From contig OY740783.1 of NCBI GenBank assembly GCA_963514005.1, positions 83,266,001 through 83,330,000 of the forward strand: a stretch of 64,000 bases of DNA, in the 5' to 3' direction. The first letter of the stretch is position 1. Each line of letters begins with the position of its first letter. Under the pieces are notes generated by a model, which worked only from the letters and a program-made list of their open reading frames with translations, ran no database searches and was not told the DNA's origin. This stretch comes from Raja brachyura (lineage: Eukaryota). Below are positions 25,041 to 38,728 of the stretch, one piece after another. The translations under genes were made by a program, and so were the position numbers.

Positions 25041-26264
25041 TTATAATGTGGGAAATCCTTGTAAGGCAGATGAATGGGAGAATTTATAAGAAACTATCAA
25101 AAGTCAATTTAAAATGTTATAAAGATATAGAGAGTGAAATATCAATGAGCAACAAAAATTAAACAATTGCAAGATTTTTTACAGGGTATTTAAAAAGAAA
25201 GCAACCAGCAAAAATAATCATTTATCCCCTAAATAATGGGATGGGTGAATTAATAACAAGAGATGGGGAAATAGCAGAAAAAAATGTCAATTTATATATA
25301 TAAGTACAAATATATAATTTGGATACGTTTACAGGAAAGGTGATGAAAAAAGCCTCCAAAAAATGACCAGGAAGGCAATAAAGTAAAGCATCATCGTCAC
25401 CAGAGAAGATGTATTAGGCAAACCAATACGTCTAATGACTGATAAATACGGGTGAAATGATCGCCTGAATCCTGGGATTCTGTAAAGGTTGTGGATGCAT
25501 TGCCTATTACTCCATGAATACAATTGCAATTACAAGGAAGATGTTGTTCATAGCTAGGAGATTTTGCTTCTGATGGACAGCATTTAGTGATGTGCCAGCT
25601 GGCACAATGCAAAAGGAAAACTGTGCTAGCCATAGAGTCCGAGCAGACAATGTTCACTAGATAGGTCCCAGTGAAAGAGGAGAGAAATTAGCTTGGGCTG
25701 ACTCTCTGGGATTTAGAACAATGAGAGGTGATCTTATTGAAAGAAACCCATTTCTGAAGTGCAGATATGAGGAGAATGATTCCTTGGTTAGAGGTTTAAA
25801 CCTTAGAGGAATCAAGCATTAGTGAGGTTTAGGCCAAGATGAATTCAGTCTTTGTCTAATTCAGTCATTGAATTATGGAACATCCACGAGACCCCATAAA
25901 GCCTTGTGCCCAAAAATTGGAATGAGGGGTTCGGAAGCCAATAAAAAGCTTCTGTGGGAACTGAACTGCCACTGATCCAAAGTCCTAACGCACAGTGCCA
26001 TTATTTCTTGTGAGATTCTTGAGAAATGGATGTATATGCAAAATTACATCCAAATAGTGACTGATTTATCACTGAGGCATTGATCTCTGTGGTACATTGT
26101 CCTTTTCTAAAAATCCAGTTACTTGACTAAGGTCTTCCCACAGCAACTCCCAAATTGGCAGCCTCCAATTCTGAGAAGGACAAGGGTGACAGCAGCATGG
26201 GCGTACCTCTAACTGCGGTTCCCCTCCAAATCACACAACATCCTGATCAGACACTTACATTGGA

Positions 26265-26945
26265 GGTGCAAAGGTACTTTGGAGTGCTGGTGCAGGATTC
26301 CCAAAAGGTTAATTTGTAAATTGAATCAGCAGTCGGGAAGGCAAATGCAATGATAGCAGTTATTTCAAGAGAACTAGACTATAAAAACAGAGATGTAATT
26401 CTGAGGCTTTATTACACATTTGGAGTATTATGCGCAGTTTTAGGCCCCATATCTGAGGAACGGTGTTCTGGCTTTGGAGTGGGCCAGAGAAGGTTTACGA
26501 GAATGATCCCAGGGATGTTTAGGTTAACGTATGATGAGTGTTTGATGTACTGGGCCTGTACTGGAGTTTAGAAGAATATGGGGGGACCACATTGTAACTT
26601 ACCGAATAGTGAAAGGCCCAGATAGAGTGGATGTAGGGAGCATGTTTCTACTAGTGGGAGGGTGCAGGACCAATGGGCACAGCCTCAGAATAAAAGGTGA
26701 TGAGGAGGAATTTCTTAAGTCAGAGGTGGTGAATCTGTGGAAATCATGACCACAGATGGTTGTGGAGGCCAGGTCATTGGGTATTTTTAAAGCGGAGATG
26801 ACAGATTCTTGATTAGTTATGATGTCAAATGTTATGGGGAAATGGCAAGAGAATGGGGTTGAGAGGGAAAGAGAGATCAGGCATGATTGAATGGTGGATT
26901 TGACTCATTGGGCTGAATGGCCTAATTCTGCTCCTGTGGCTTATG
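26265..26945 (+). mobile_element. CR1 LINE 3' fragment nested in an older LINE tail
   Basis: ORF remnant ISRELDYKNRDVILRLY, homologous to 63700-64000, then 3'UTR gaatggcctaattctgctcct. Confidence 0.85.
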
Positions 26946-28686
26946 AAGTGATTTGGAATCTATTGTTAATCCTTTGATGCTGCTGGGTTTAAATCCTGAA
27001 ACTCCATCTCAATAACAGGTTGGCCCTTCACCACACTGCAGGAAAGAAGCTCATCATCACTTTCTCAAAGGCAAGTAGAGAATGACGATAAATTCTCACC
27101 TACTAGTCAGGTCTAGAACATAGAAAATTATTAAATATTATTTAAAAAAACAAGTCTAACATTTTTCTGGGGCTTTTGGAAACTCTCTATTGTAAACCCA
27201 GGTCTTCAAAAGTACACAATACAATAATAAAAGGTTTATTACAATTTGATGTGCAGACGCCTTTTATAATAAGCACGTCACAAAGAATGGCTTATTAATG
27301 CTGCTAAATAAATATAGATCACATTCTATTTATGAAAGTTCATTCATAGCCAGCTCTGTCACAGGAAAATGTTTCTGTGGTTAAACTATTCCTGCCTACA
27401 TGGCGAATTAGGTTTGGGATTTACATTCAATTGTACCATGTCTGTTTGTACCTACCTTAACACTTTTATAAATAACATTTAACTGATCTAAAATTTCTTC
27501 TAGATTCAATAATTTTTTCATTTCTCTGTTAGTCTCTAGGTTATTAAAATGAACAAACTAATGCATTTCAAGCGTTAAGTTTTTCATAACTTTTCATTGC
27601 ATTAAGATGTCTTCACCTTGGAACAAATCATTTTTTAATGAAAGAAAAACCCTAGATTGCATTGCCTGTTATCTTAGATAGGTAAAACAGGAAGACGTTG
27701 CGCTTAGAGCAGCTTTAATCCTTTAATCTCAATTAGCGAGGGTAAACAAGGGAGATGTTATATTTGTTTTCACTTGTCTGGGTAAGAGAAGAAGTTATTC
27801 AATGTACCATTTAGAAATTGAGGGTGGTTGCCAAGACTTCTCTACCTATGTTGCTCTGAGGTCTCTGTCAAGGCTACAGTATAAATACATATTGTCTTTC
27901 CTCTGCAGATTATTCCTCCTCTAAACCTGGCTCTAATATACCATTCAACTCAAACATCAATTTCCATTTATATCACATCTTGAACATAAACAAAAAATAC
28001 TCCAATGCTTTGCGGTGTGTAATCAAACAAAAAAATACCTTAAAGCACCATACTGAGCTATAGGATGGACGGTTAAAGGGGTGACTTTCAAGAAAGACCT
28101 TAAAGGAGAAGAAAAAAAAATACACGAAGCAAAGAAGAATGGGAAAGGAACAGAAGATTTGAAATCAAAATTAATAATTCCAAATTAGGATTATGTAAGT
28201 GATTTGTATAAGAGAAAAGAAGTATGACAAATGCAACCATTTTATTATTTTGAGAAACCAAAGCAATCAGTTGAAGAAATAAAGTGTGATATTTATCTTT
28301 AATTTCACCAGGGTGAAAATGAATGCAGTCTAAAGGGTATCAAGATGAGGTTTTTATACCACGGGAGAAAACTAAAGAGGAACTGGTCGTGGTTGTATGC
28401 ATAAAATAGGGAAAGGTTTAGGGATAGGGATATAATGAGAGGGTGGTCACATTCTATCTAGGACTGCCAGGAAGAAGCATTTGGAGCAGTGTTTGAATCA
28501 CTAGAAAAATGCAGTCAACCAGGAATAGAGAGCAATTGATGAGAAAGACGGAAAACCAGTCCTGGGTTCTGTTGAGCAAGAAAAGTAAGTGTGCCTTCTA
28601 AAATCCTGGTGGGTGATTTGGCCGTAAGTGTGATTAAGGACAATCAATGGCTGGAGCCAATGCTGCAGATGGGAACAAGGAGTTAG

Positions 28687-30045
28687 AAGACAGAAGGGAC
28701 TGTAGGTGCTAGAATATGGAACAAAACATAGAACACTGGAAGAACTCATCAGGCCTAGCAGCATCTGTCGAGGCAAAAAGTGCATGAGATGTTTTTTGGA
28801 TTAAGACCCTGTAGCAGATCTGTGAGGGAAGATAAAAGATTGCCAGTATACAGATATACAAGGGAGTTGAGAATCAGATAAGCTGTAAATATCGGTCAAT
28901 GGAACTAGGTGGGGGAGTGGGAGATGGGGAGGGGGAAGGGGGTGGGTAAACTGCACAAAGGGAGAAAAAGATAATGGGTGTGAGTTACCGAAAATTTGAA
29001 AATTCAACATTTGTACCATTGGGCTGTATGGTACCCAAGTTGAACATGTGATGTGGTTCCTCCAATTTGCGCTTGGCTTCGCCTTAGCAATGAAGAGGTC
29101 CAAGGACAGACAGATTTGGTGTGGAAGTGGGAAATAGAAGTGAAATGATGTGCAACTGGCAGCTTCAGATGATTATTGTGGAACGGGTGCAGGGGGCAAA
29201 CTGCAAAAGCACAAGAGATAGTTAATGCTTGGCTTCTCCAGTATAGAGGTGGTCACCTAGTGAGCATGTAATGCAATAAGCGAGTTCAGTATACCGACTG
29301 CGCATGCCCAGGTCATAGGTCATGCACGATAAACATTCTCAGCAGCTGTGCCACTGCATGGAAACAGACCTGCATTTCATCCGTAGACATGTTCGAACCC
29401 GGTTCTCCAGCACTGCAAGCCGTGTTGAATTGCTACTGGACTGTCCTCGTCCCCTCCCGAGTGTCCCATCCTTGTCCGGGGACAGCCAGAGATGTCTGGG
29501 GTGACCCTGGACTGACGGGACACCGGCCCGGAGCAGTGGCGGCCCAGACTTACAGCCAGCGTTAACTCCACTGCTCCGGGCCGGTGCCCCATCAGCCCAG
29601 GGCTGTCAGTTAACCTGGCGGGACAGGCAGAGTTGAGCTGGAGTTAACACTTCTTCTCCACGCTGGCTTTAAGCCTGGGCTGCCACTGCTCTGGGCCGGT
29701 TTCCTGTCAGTCCAGGGTCACCCCGGCCATCTCTGGCCGTCCACGGACAGGGATGGAACACTCGGGAGGGGACGGGGACCATCCAGTAGCAATTCAACAG
29801 CGCTTGCAGCGTCGGGGACCCAGGTTCAATCCTGTCTATGGATGAAATGCAGGTCTGTATCCATGCACAGCACAGCTGCCGAGTGTTTATCGCGAGTGAC
29901 ATTTGACAAATCCCATGATTTTATTGCATTTTTCAGAATACCGAACTCGCTTATCGCCAGGTTGGAAGAGGTGCAGGCAAACCTCTGCCTCACTTGGAAA
30001 TGCTGTTTAGGTACTTGGATGGTGGTGGGGCAGGAGGGGAAATGT
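28687..30045 (-). mobile_element. Decayed Penelope-like fragment split by a foldback insertion
   Basis: 28985-29270 and 29958-30045 are collinear with 16190-16510 (aattcaacatt...gttcctccaatttgcg; aggttggaagaggtgca). Confidence 0.75.
29273..29957. mobile_element. GC-rich foldback MITE-like element
   Basis: Terminal inverted repeat GCAATAAGCGAGTTCAGTAT (29273-29292) / ATACCGAACTCGCTTATCGC (29938-29957). Internal arms 29326-29563 and 29660-29894 are reverse complements. Confidence 0.85.
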
Positions 30046-30557
30046 GGTGACAGATACCGAGGAATCTATACCAAATAATAATTAAAGGAACTACATTTTA
30101 TAAGCGCCATAATGCAAGGTACGAATGAAAGTAAGAAATAATGACCTTGATATGTTGTACATCACAAGTAATCAAATTAAAGAAAGCTGATAAATGTAGC
30201 AGAACAAAGACACAACAACTTTGGGGGCCGACAGAAACGTGTTTCTGATAGGTAAAAAAATAATACATTAAAAACAAGATAAAAATACTGAGAAACAGAG
30301 CAAAGAGAGGGTCACAACCTGAGGAATACTAGTGGAAGATTTGTCCCGTGGTTAGGATTCTAGCTCTTTGGAAAACGGAATGGAGATGATGGAAACTAAC
30401 TACAGTATTATTTTAAATATTGTTTTCAGATGAGATTTTTAATCTATAGATCAATCTTCGCCAAATATATTTTGTTAAAATTAAAACCTGCCTGAAACCG
30501 CCGCAATCTGCGGGTTAAGGGTGATTTATTGCTTAATGTTGGAAAGTTCGCCGCCTA

Positions 30558-30851
<294 letters not shown>

Positions 30852-30982
30852 TCAAGAGGGTAACTCCGGTTCTAGTTAATCTGCTACATTTGACCAATAC
30901 TCAGTGCAGAATTCCACGTTTTATTTGAATAAGCAGCAGAAACAACGTTCCTCTAATTGAACTATTAGTTGTCTCGTAAGGG

Positions 30983-31230
30983 TCGGCACAGTGGCGTAGC
31001 GGTAACAGTTTCAGAGACTTGAGTTCGATCTCTGTACGGTGCTCTCTGTACGGTGCTCTCTGTACGGCTCCGTGACTGCGTGCGTTTTCTCCGGATGCTC
31101 CGGTGCTGCAGGTTAATTGGCGTCGTTAATTTGTATGGTCGGAACTGGTGTACGGATAATCGTTGGTCGGTCGGTCGGTGGGCAGAAGAGCCTCATTCCA
31201 CGCTGTATCTCTAAAACTTAAAAAAAACTA
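30983..31230 (+). mobile_element. HE1-like tRNA SINE, internally deleted
   Basis: A box ggcacagtggcgtagcggta, B box gagttcgatc, tail ctgtatctctaaaacttaaaaaa; small ctctgtacggtg tandem duplication. Confidence 0.75.
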
Positions 31231-31736
31231 AATATTTAAGGAAATTTGGATGAGCAGAGCTGATCTGAGTATTGGTGTGAATGGACCTACATTCCCGAGA
31301 ATATACGTGAATGCTATGCTATATTGAAACAGATGAGAAGAGGGGCTGGCAGGATAGATCCCAATCAAATGGCGTCGATTGGTGGTAGACTCATTCCATC
31401 CACACCCGCTTGACTAATGGACACTGTCTGTTAAAGTGTGTGTATGTGGGTGCTTATACACTGGGATATATGGCATGTGTTATGCATATCTCTATATGTG
31501 TATATTAAACCATATGTATTGCTGCAATATACTTATCGCTCAGTAATTTTCCGAACAAGGAAATTACAAGTGAATCATTTGCACAGTGGCCACTTACAGG
31601 ACACTTGAGGTTAAAGACGCTCTTGTTTAATGTTTGTTGTGCTGATGTCACCGTCATGATAATACATGATAATCATGATCTAGCATTGGTATTATCACTC
31701 TTATTTTTAAAAAAAGGCAACAGAATGCAATGATCA

Positions 31737-31841
31737 AAACACAAAGTGGTGGAGGAACACCGCGGGTCCGCCAGCATCTGTGGAGGGAATTAATAAACGA
31801 CATCTCGTGTCAGGGCCCTTCTTCAGACGCATCTTCTTCAG
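31737..31841 (-). mobile_element. Short Penelope-derived repeat with 12-bp TSD
   Basis: Flanked by ATGCAATGATCA at 31725-31736 and 31842-31853. Confidence 0.8.
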
Positions 31842-33332
31842 ATGCAATGATCACTTTAAAACATATATTTTATTCTGAAATAATAGCACATAATTGAAGC
31901 GAAGCACTTCCAGATAAAGAACAGGGGAATATTCTGCCTGAAATACATGGAATGATCACAGTTTAACATGTTTTGCCATCATACATCAATATTGTTATCT
32001 TTATTATATAGGATTGTTTCAGTACTTCAATGTTATAATGATTTAATACTTTAAAACATTTTATATTAACGTTTCTATAGCTCTCCTATTTTTGCTTTGC
32101 AAAATTTGCTTTGCGACTTAGTCGGCTGGATATTTTAATCTTTGCTTATACATATCTAACACAATCACCAGTGACCAAAGTCGTGGCGAAGAGGGGACAG
32201 GGATAGATTTGTGTAATAAATAGGGGGAAGCCACGGACAGAGTGACGTGAAAAGCAGAGACTTAAATTAACCAAGCCATACACCGGGATCTAGACACAAG
32301 ATGTTCGCAAGAGTATAGAAAATAGGTTGGAAATCCATTCAGTGACAGGAAAAGTCTTGTTACACTATACCCGTCGACATGCCAAAATGTTAAAGGAGAG
32401 ATGGGCGTATGTACTAGTTCTAGCTGATATATATTAAAACTGTGTTCGTAACATTAATAGCCTTCAAATCCTTGTCTGTGGAGGGCTCGGAACATTTCGG
32501 AGGGGTGTGATGCAATTTTTAGAGCAAAATTGCCCGCCCCACTCCCATCGTCCTTTTTTGTGTGAAGAAGGTATTGTCCACTTAAAGTGATTCTGTAAAC
32601 TCTTTTGCCTGGTCACGGTTTTGATGAAAGAGAAAACATGGGAACAAAAATAACCTTAGTGTTTGTGGTAGGAGTATACACAAATAAACCTTATGTTTCT
32701 CAAAACTTCAACTGATCATTGACATTTAAGTTGTAAAGGTGACGGCAGGACAAATTTTCTGACATTAAGATTTAGTTGGTACATTTTATATACTGGTTTA
32801 ATTAAAATAATAAATAATAAAATTTGTTATTTTGGGAAACATGTTATGCAAGTTAACTGTATGGAGGACTGCCTCTGGCAAATCATTGGCAAATTAAAAA
32901 ATGGATTTCATTCTTTACATCAAATGAGAAATAATTTAAATACGGGAGAGGGACAAAATCGGATTTACTTTTCCTTAGGAAAAAGTACTACGATCACAAT
33001 TAACTACTCAACCTCAAGTTATAAGATAATTTAATTGTGCTGCAAGAAAGGTTTAGACCAAGACGACATGTTACCAATGGTTTCATTCATCAGAAGGCAC
33101 ATTAAAAGTTTCCTGAAGAATCAGCACGTATCGCACTCCACCAATGACCACAGTACTGCCTTGTGGATTAACGTTATGCATTGTAAATTTCCGGCACAAC
33201 CCCACACCTACAGATCCCAGCCATGGAACAAGTTGCAAATATAAGCTCTCGTTGCCAGGGTGAATGGGAGAACACCAGGATCTCGCTGAAAATAACGTTT
33301 TGATTCCCTCATTCTTATCCTTGACATATCCC

Positions 33333-33590
33333 TGAGATGCAGCGTGGAAATAGACCTTCCCAATACACGCCGACCATCGATCGCGAAACGTGTGTGTGTT
33401 TCTCTATCACTCTCTACACACTACGGGCAATTTACAGAGGCAAATTAATCTACAACTTCGCACATCTGTGGGATGGGGGTAGAAACTGAAGCATGCAAAG
33501 GAACCACACGCGGTCACAGATGCAAACTCTACACAGATAGCACCCTAGGTCAGGATCGGACCTGGGATTCTGGCGCTGCGAGGCAGTGTT
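33333..33590 (-). mobile_element. HE1-like tRNA SINE
   Basis: gagatgcagcgtggaaatagacc...caaactctacacagatagcaccc..ggtcaggatcggacctggg; collinear with 12212-12500. Confidence 0.75.
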
Positions 33591-35530
33591 TGTGCACGTC
33601 GCCTTTAACTAAGTAATCGTTCAGAACCTTAACCCCAATTGCTAGTTGTTCTTTTAGTAATTGTTGATTGCGATATTCTCCTTCCATAAATCTGACACAG
33701 TGGTAGTCCAGTTAAAGAAGATAAAAGTATAGGATAAAATCTAATGAATAAAGAAATTGAAATATTTAATTAGTTTAAATTTAAATGGGTCAAAAAAGCA
33801 TGGGAATCTGATGCCATGGGTAAGCATTAGCGTACATAATGTGAAACAGCAACATATATACAATGCTAAAATTATGTCCATTGTTATTAGGTTTCAATCT
33901 TTTGATTGCCTTTTACTTTTGAAAAATATGTTTAAGGACTATAAACATATTCCCCTTTCATTTCTCTCTTCCCGCCCTATTTCTCTTTACTAGTGTTATT
34001 TTCCCATGGCAATTTTAGCCATACACGTCCTCATCCACCAAATCAGGTCACTTCCCGATAGTTTTTTTATTTCTGTATGTGGGTTATGTTTTGTTAATAT
34101 TATTCGATTTTGCATCGTGTGAGTTTGGCTGGGCTGCTGGCAGCAACATGGCGGTAATCTGGTCTTTGGCCCAATCGTGTGCATTAATTTAGAAGAGTAA
34201 GCCCGAACATCCACTGTCAGCATTCTGGCCCTTGTCCTGATCCTGGTGATGGGCTAGATTCCAGTAGAAGGATGAAAAGGGTCACAGTAGCAAAACAAAA
34301 CAAGGGTACAGATCGAGAAACTCATGGAAAAGACAGGACATGGTAGAAGGGGGTGGGGTGGGGGTGGGGAGAGAGACTGGGATATAAAAATAACCAGCCC
34401 ACGCTTCCAACAGATTGCCCGCATGAATAAAGATTGGCAAATACTTGAACCTATTCAGCCAAAACAGGGGGTGTGGAGTTATCAATAGCCTGAAGTCAAG
34501 GCTTGCAAAGAAGTTACTTTGATTTCCACATTTTTTATGTTCATTTCGGTCATGGACAGCAAAGTAAGTGAACCTCCACAAGGGGCTGAAGCACGTCCAG
34601 AAGACTAAAGGCTGGCTTGAAAGACAATTCACCAAACAGAGACACCTTCAGGATGCTCCTGTTAACGGTTTACTACAACTGCTTTCCAGAACCAAGTCAG
34701 GTGCCTGTTACAAGCTCCGGCCTCAGTATACTGCTCCCTGTGAGCGGGAGCCGGGCACAGCCGGGCCAGGACATACACATAATCACTTCCGGCAAAAAAC
34801 GCCCATTCTTGTATAAACGGGAGGATTGAGCGGGCGAAACACTGCACTCTTTTCATCACTCTTACCCCCTTCTTTTCTCCGATAAACACAAGAACGTCGT
34901 ATATTTCTTTCTGCGTTTCCTTCTCTCTGCCTGAACGACCCTCTCTGCGTTTTTTCTGTGTTCCTGGATCTCTTTCTTTTTGTCTGTCTGTCTGCCGCTC
35001 CACCCCAGCCCCCCCCCCCCCCCCCCCCCCCCACCCCCCTCTCTCCCTCTCTCTCTCCCTCTCTCGTTCAAGGTCAGATTTATTTTACATGGAGCACTGT
35101 CCAAGGACATGTTTCCGCATTACTGATTTCAGCGCAGTGTTAATCTGAGATCCCTGTTGTGTAATGCGAGAGTGTGGAAGAAGATGTCCTTTGAAACTAC
35201 AGCAATGTACATAGACCCCAAAAGAAAATAAATTGCCTCTGAATTAGTCCCATATTTATCTAGCTGGGTATTTAGGAATCAAAATTGTCTTTATGAATCC
35301 CTTGAAAGTCCGGAAAAAAAAGATCTTAGACATGTCTTGTGTTCTGTACACCTACGAGTGGATGGGACGCGTATGGACTAACTGTTGGAGAAGCCGAAAA
35401 GCGGAACTTTCCAAATGAATATTGAAAAATGCTTTGTTTGCTTACTAAAGTGATTATGTACAGTAGCCTTACCATTAAGTAATAGATCAATAAATCGCCA
35501 AATATTTCAGACAAACTATCACAAAATTAT

Positions 35531-35626
35531 TTGTCTGAAGAAGGGTCTCGACCCGAAACGTCGCCTATTCCTTCGCTCCATAGATGCTGCATCACCCGCT
35601 GAGTTTCTCCAGCATTTTTGTCAACC
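35531..35626 (+). mobile_element. Short Penelope-derived repeat with best-preserved hammerhead motif and 11-bp TSD
   Basis: Flanked by CACAAAATTAT at 35520-35530 and 35627-35637. Confidence 0.88.
35535..35562 (+). ncRNA. Minimal type I hammerhead ribozyme-like motif
   Basis: CTGAAGA-A-GGGTC-TC-GACCC-GAAAC-GTC: CUGANGA and GAAA cores, stem II, palindromic ACGT in place of stem III, GUC triplet. Stem I is weak; activity unproven. Confidence 0.6.
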
Positions 35627-38562
35627 CACAAAATTATGAACCTTCTTCTAAACAGACATCACGAGGCAAAGATACTCTCATATCAATTGCTCCTATTCCT
35701 ACAAGATGCGAATGGAGTGGATCTTCCGATATGTTTTAAGCAGACTAGAATTGAATGCAATAGGATCGTGATGGTCTTACCACACCGTTAAGGGAATAAA
35801 TGTATGTAATAGAGTGGGGGAGAAAATGACTGGTGGCAACTATGGACTGCTGGTTGTGCTTAAAGCTTAGTCAGTGGGGACCTGAATGCTAATTCCTGTA
35901 TCACTGCGCTCCTCACCCTCCACACTCTTTGCTTCCTCCTGGACATTTAATTTATCTTTCTACGAGCGGTTGCTGCTGAGACAGATCTGAAGCCAACAGA
36001 TTTCTATTATTGCTCAGGGTCTGGTGGGAAGAAGTTAGCGGTGGCGAGGAAATGGGAAAGTGGCGCGTATTCAGAGTTTTGTGGTGGAACAAATTATTCC
36101 TCCTTGTAGTTAGAACGTGAAACCTTCGCTAAAAACATATCCGAATTTCGCCCTCACAGCAGACGATAGCTTTCAGTTAATTGTTAAATTAATTGGTTAA
36201 TGACAGTCTTCCTCTACTCGTGTCAAATTTATTAAGATTTATAACTCAAATGGAGCCGTTAGCAAATGTAAGCGTTGTAGTGGTCCGTTAATTTATTCCA
36301 GCGCCTGCCTATATCAACTCACCGAATTTTCATAACTTACACATAAGAAACGTTCTGCCTTGATCTGTAACCTGGTCTAAAAAGTGTATCATTATTCTCT
36401 TGGTCAACTTTCAACTTGGTAAGGGAGTCAAATCAACTGCACGTCAATAGGTGCGTTGGAAATTGTGCAAGAACAAAGCAAATAAGCAAAAAGGGGGATG
36501 CACAGTACAATGAGAACTGCGATCCGGTTTAATCCAAGGAGAGAGACCTGATTTATCCAAGTTTGATTAACTATCGCAGGTGGCCTGGTTCCAACCGTAG
36601 CATCAACTCCACGGAGCTTTTCAGATCCCAGGGCCGCCAAAAGCAACTGGCGCAGATTTCTCCAACATTTCGTTTAAATTATCTGATTATTGGCCACATT
36701 ACGATTTTGTAATTTTGTACTTTAAAATCGAAACTCGTTTTCGGATTTCCAAAGAGTCAATTATTTTTTAGGACAATATTTTCTCACCGGGACCTGTGAT
36801 AAATCATTCACTCTTGTCCTGGCCGAACAAAATCAATGGGAGCCCGCAGTTTTCAAATCCCACCAAAATACAATGGGGCTCGTGCAAATGCAAATGGAAG
36901 TAAGAATCAAGGTGCTAGAGTTAAAACAAAGTTTCCAATGATCACTGACCCGGGCTATGGCAGGGCATCAATAAAAAAAAGAGGTCCATCTCCCGCTTGT
37001 GCTTTGATAAATTGACCTGACTTGGGTAATGACGTCCCATCTGTACCCCCGGCCCAGCGTTTATGCACAAGCAATTGCTATTTCCAATCGCAGTAATATA
37101 AGATAATAGAAGGATTTAATCTGTTCAAAACCCACCACCTTACACAATATCTGCAATAATATTTCTCCACTATAGTATGTGATGGTTACCTCTCTCACCC
37201 CACAGTACAAACGGTGGAACTAGATGAATGTTATTCCCTAACATTAATAGCTTAGCAAATAATTAATAAAGGAACTTCTTACTTTAACATGAAATTGACG
37301 ATTTATTTTACAAAACGCAACATCATCAAAATATATGAAATATGAAGGCAAATACATTTAATTAGCCCGAGTGTAAGGAACAATACACGGTGTTTTGCTG
37401 AATTCGCTTTTTATCTCGAATTTGTGTGAGTTTGTTTTTCCTCTGTGTAAATAAGTAATGTTTAGCTTGTTGGTTTCATGGCGGGGTGAGAGATGCATGT
37501 CCTGGAGCCGATGTGATCAGATGTCCATGATTGTGGATGTTCGCATACCACCAGCCATAATTTATTTTTGCTCCATATATCGAGGCAAAAAGCCTTGTTG
37601 GAAATGTTCGTCTCTATGTATGGATATGATATTGGATGTTTATGTACCCTCCTGCACCTGGATTCGACGCCCTCCTCTTTTGTACCAGGCAGCATGAATG
37701 CGAGTCCGTCTAAATACTGCCAGGGGTCAGGGTTGCGGTTTGAAGTGAGAGAGTAGAATGAGGAGGTAGAATGTGCTCTCGCTGTCACCCTGAAGAGTCT
37801 CTGTTTAAAAAAAAAAGTAACAGCAGACACTGACACGGAACAGCAGCCGTGTGTATAACCACTACCCTGCACATTAATGTGTTAACTGTGTCTATGCGTT
37901 TCCTAGGCATTTCTAATATTTATCTTTGTACCTACCAGCTATTTACTGTCTGTTCTGAGGGCTGACATATATTAAAGGATTATTTTGCTTTCTTATAACC
38001 TAGGGATTTCTTCTGTATTATGCATGGCTTTTACTTGCTGGGGTTTTAGCGAATCGTTTCCTGCTATTCTCTGATATCTGATTCTCTTAATTTAAGGATT
38101 ACCTTGTTGTTATATCCTTTCTGATGGATTACCTGCAGGAAAGGCTTTGTCTGCGATATGTCGCTCTTGGATTATTTCTGCTTCTTATATCTGTAATGTT
38201 AGGTTTGAATTACTTCTGATTCTCTTGCCTCTAACACTATTTCTCATTATTACTTTCTAACCCATAAGATTGTTTCTATTATTACTATTCCACTGAACAC
38301 ATTGCCCGATGATGAACGTCTTCCTCCTTGCGCTATAATTTCTAATTTATTTAGGGTTTTCGCTTCCCGCTCGGAATTCGGCTTTGCACACCAATGTATC
38401 ATTTCTATCCATTTCCAAATTCACACTCCATTTGGATCATTTTTTCAGGGTTGACTTTACTCTAAAATGAAATTGTTGCAGAGCTGTAAATATCACTTTG
38501 GACCCCCATTTGGTTCTAGGCAGACACCGTGTTTGACATTTTTCTTTCGTCTTGGTTCTTAC

Positions 38563-38728
38563 CTGCCCAGTATCTTGCTAACGCAGCCGTGGCTCACTCT
38601 GAGCTGTCTGGAGATATCACAGGGTCTCACTCCTTGGTGGGCCAGTTCCACAATTCGCTGCCGGACAACATCTGGGAGAGGGCGGCCATTCACAAACACA
38701 CCCCCAAGCTGATTCACCCCGCCATGCC
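38563..38728 (-). CDS. pax5: Pax5 exon 2, paired domain N-terminal half
   Basis: [55 protein letters not shown]. tatacag acceptor, gtaaga donor, 166 nt as in the Pax2/5/8 family. Confidence 0.98.

Noticed and set aside
30983-31035. tRNA gene
   Set aside because: A and B boxes are present but there is no cloverleaf, and it continues into a SINE body and tail.
37880-38440. T-rich tract downstream of exon 2 as a distinct element
   Set aside because: Compositional skew only; I could not define a repeat unit or structure.
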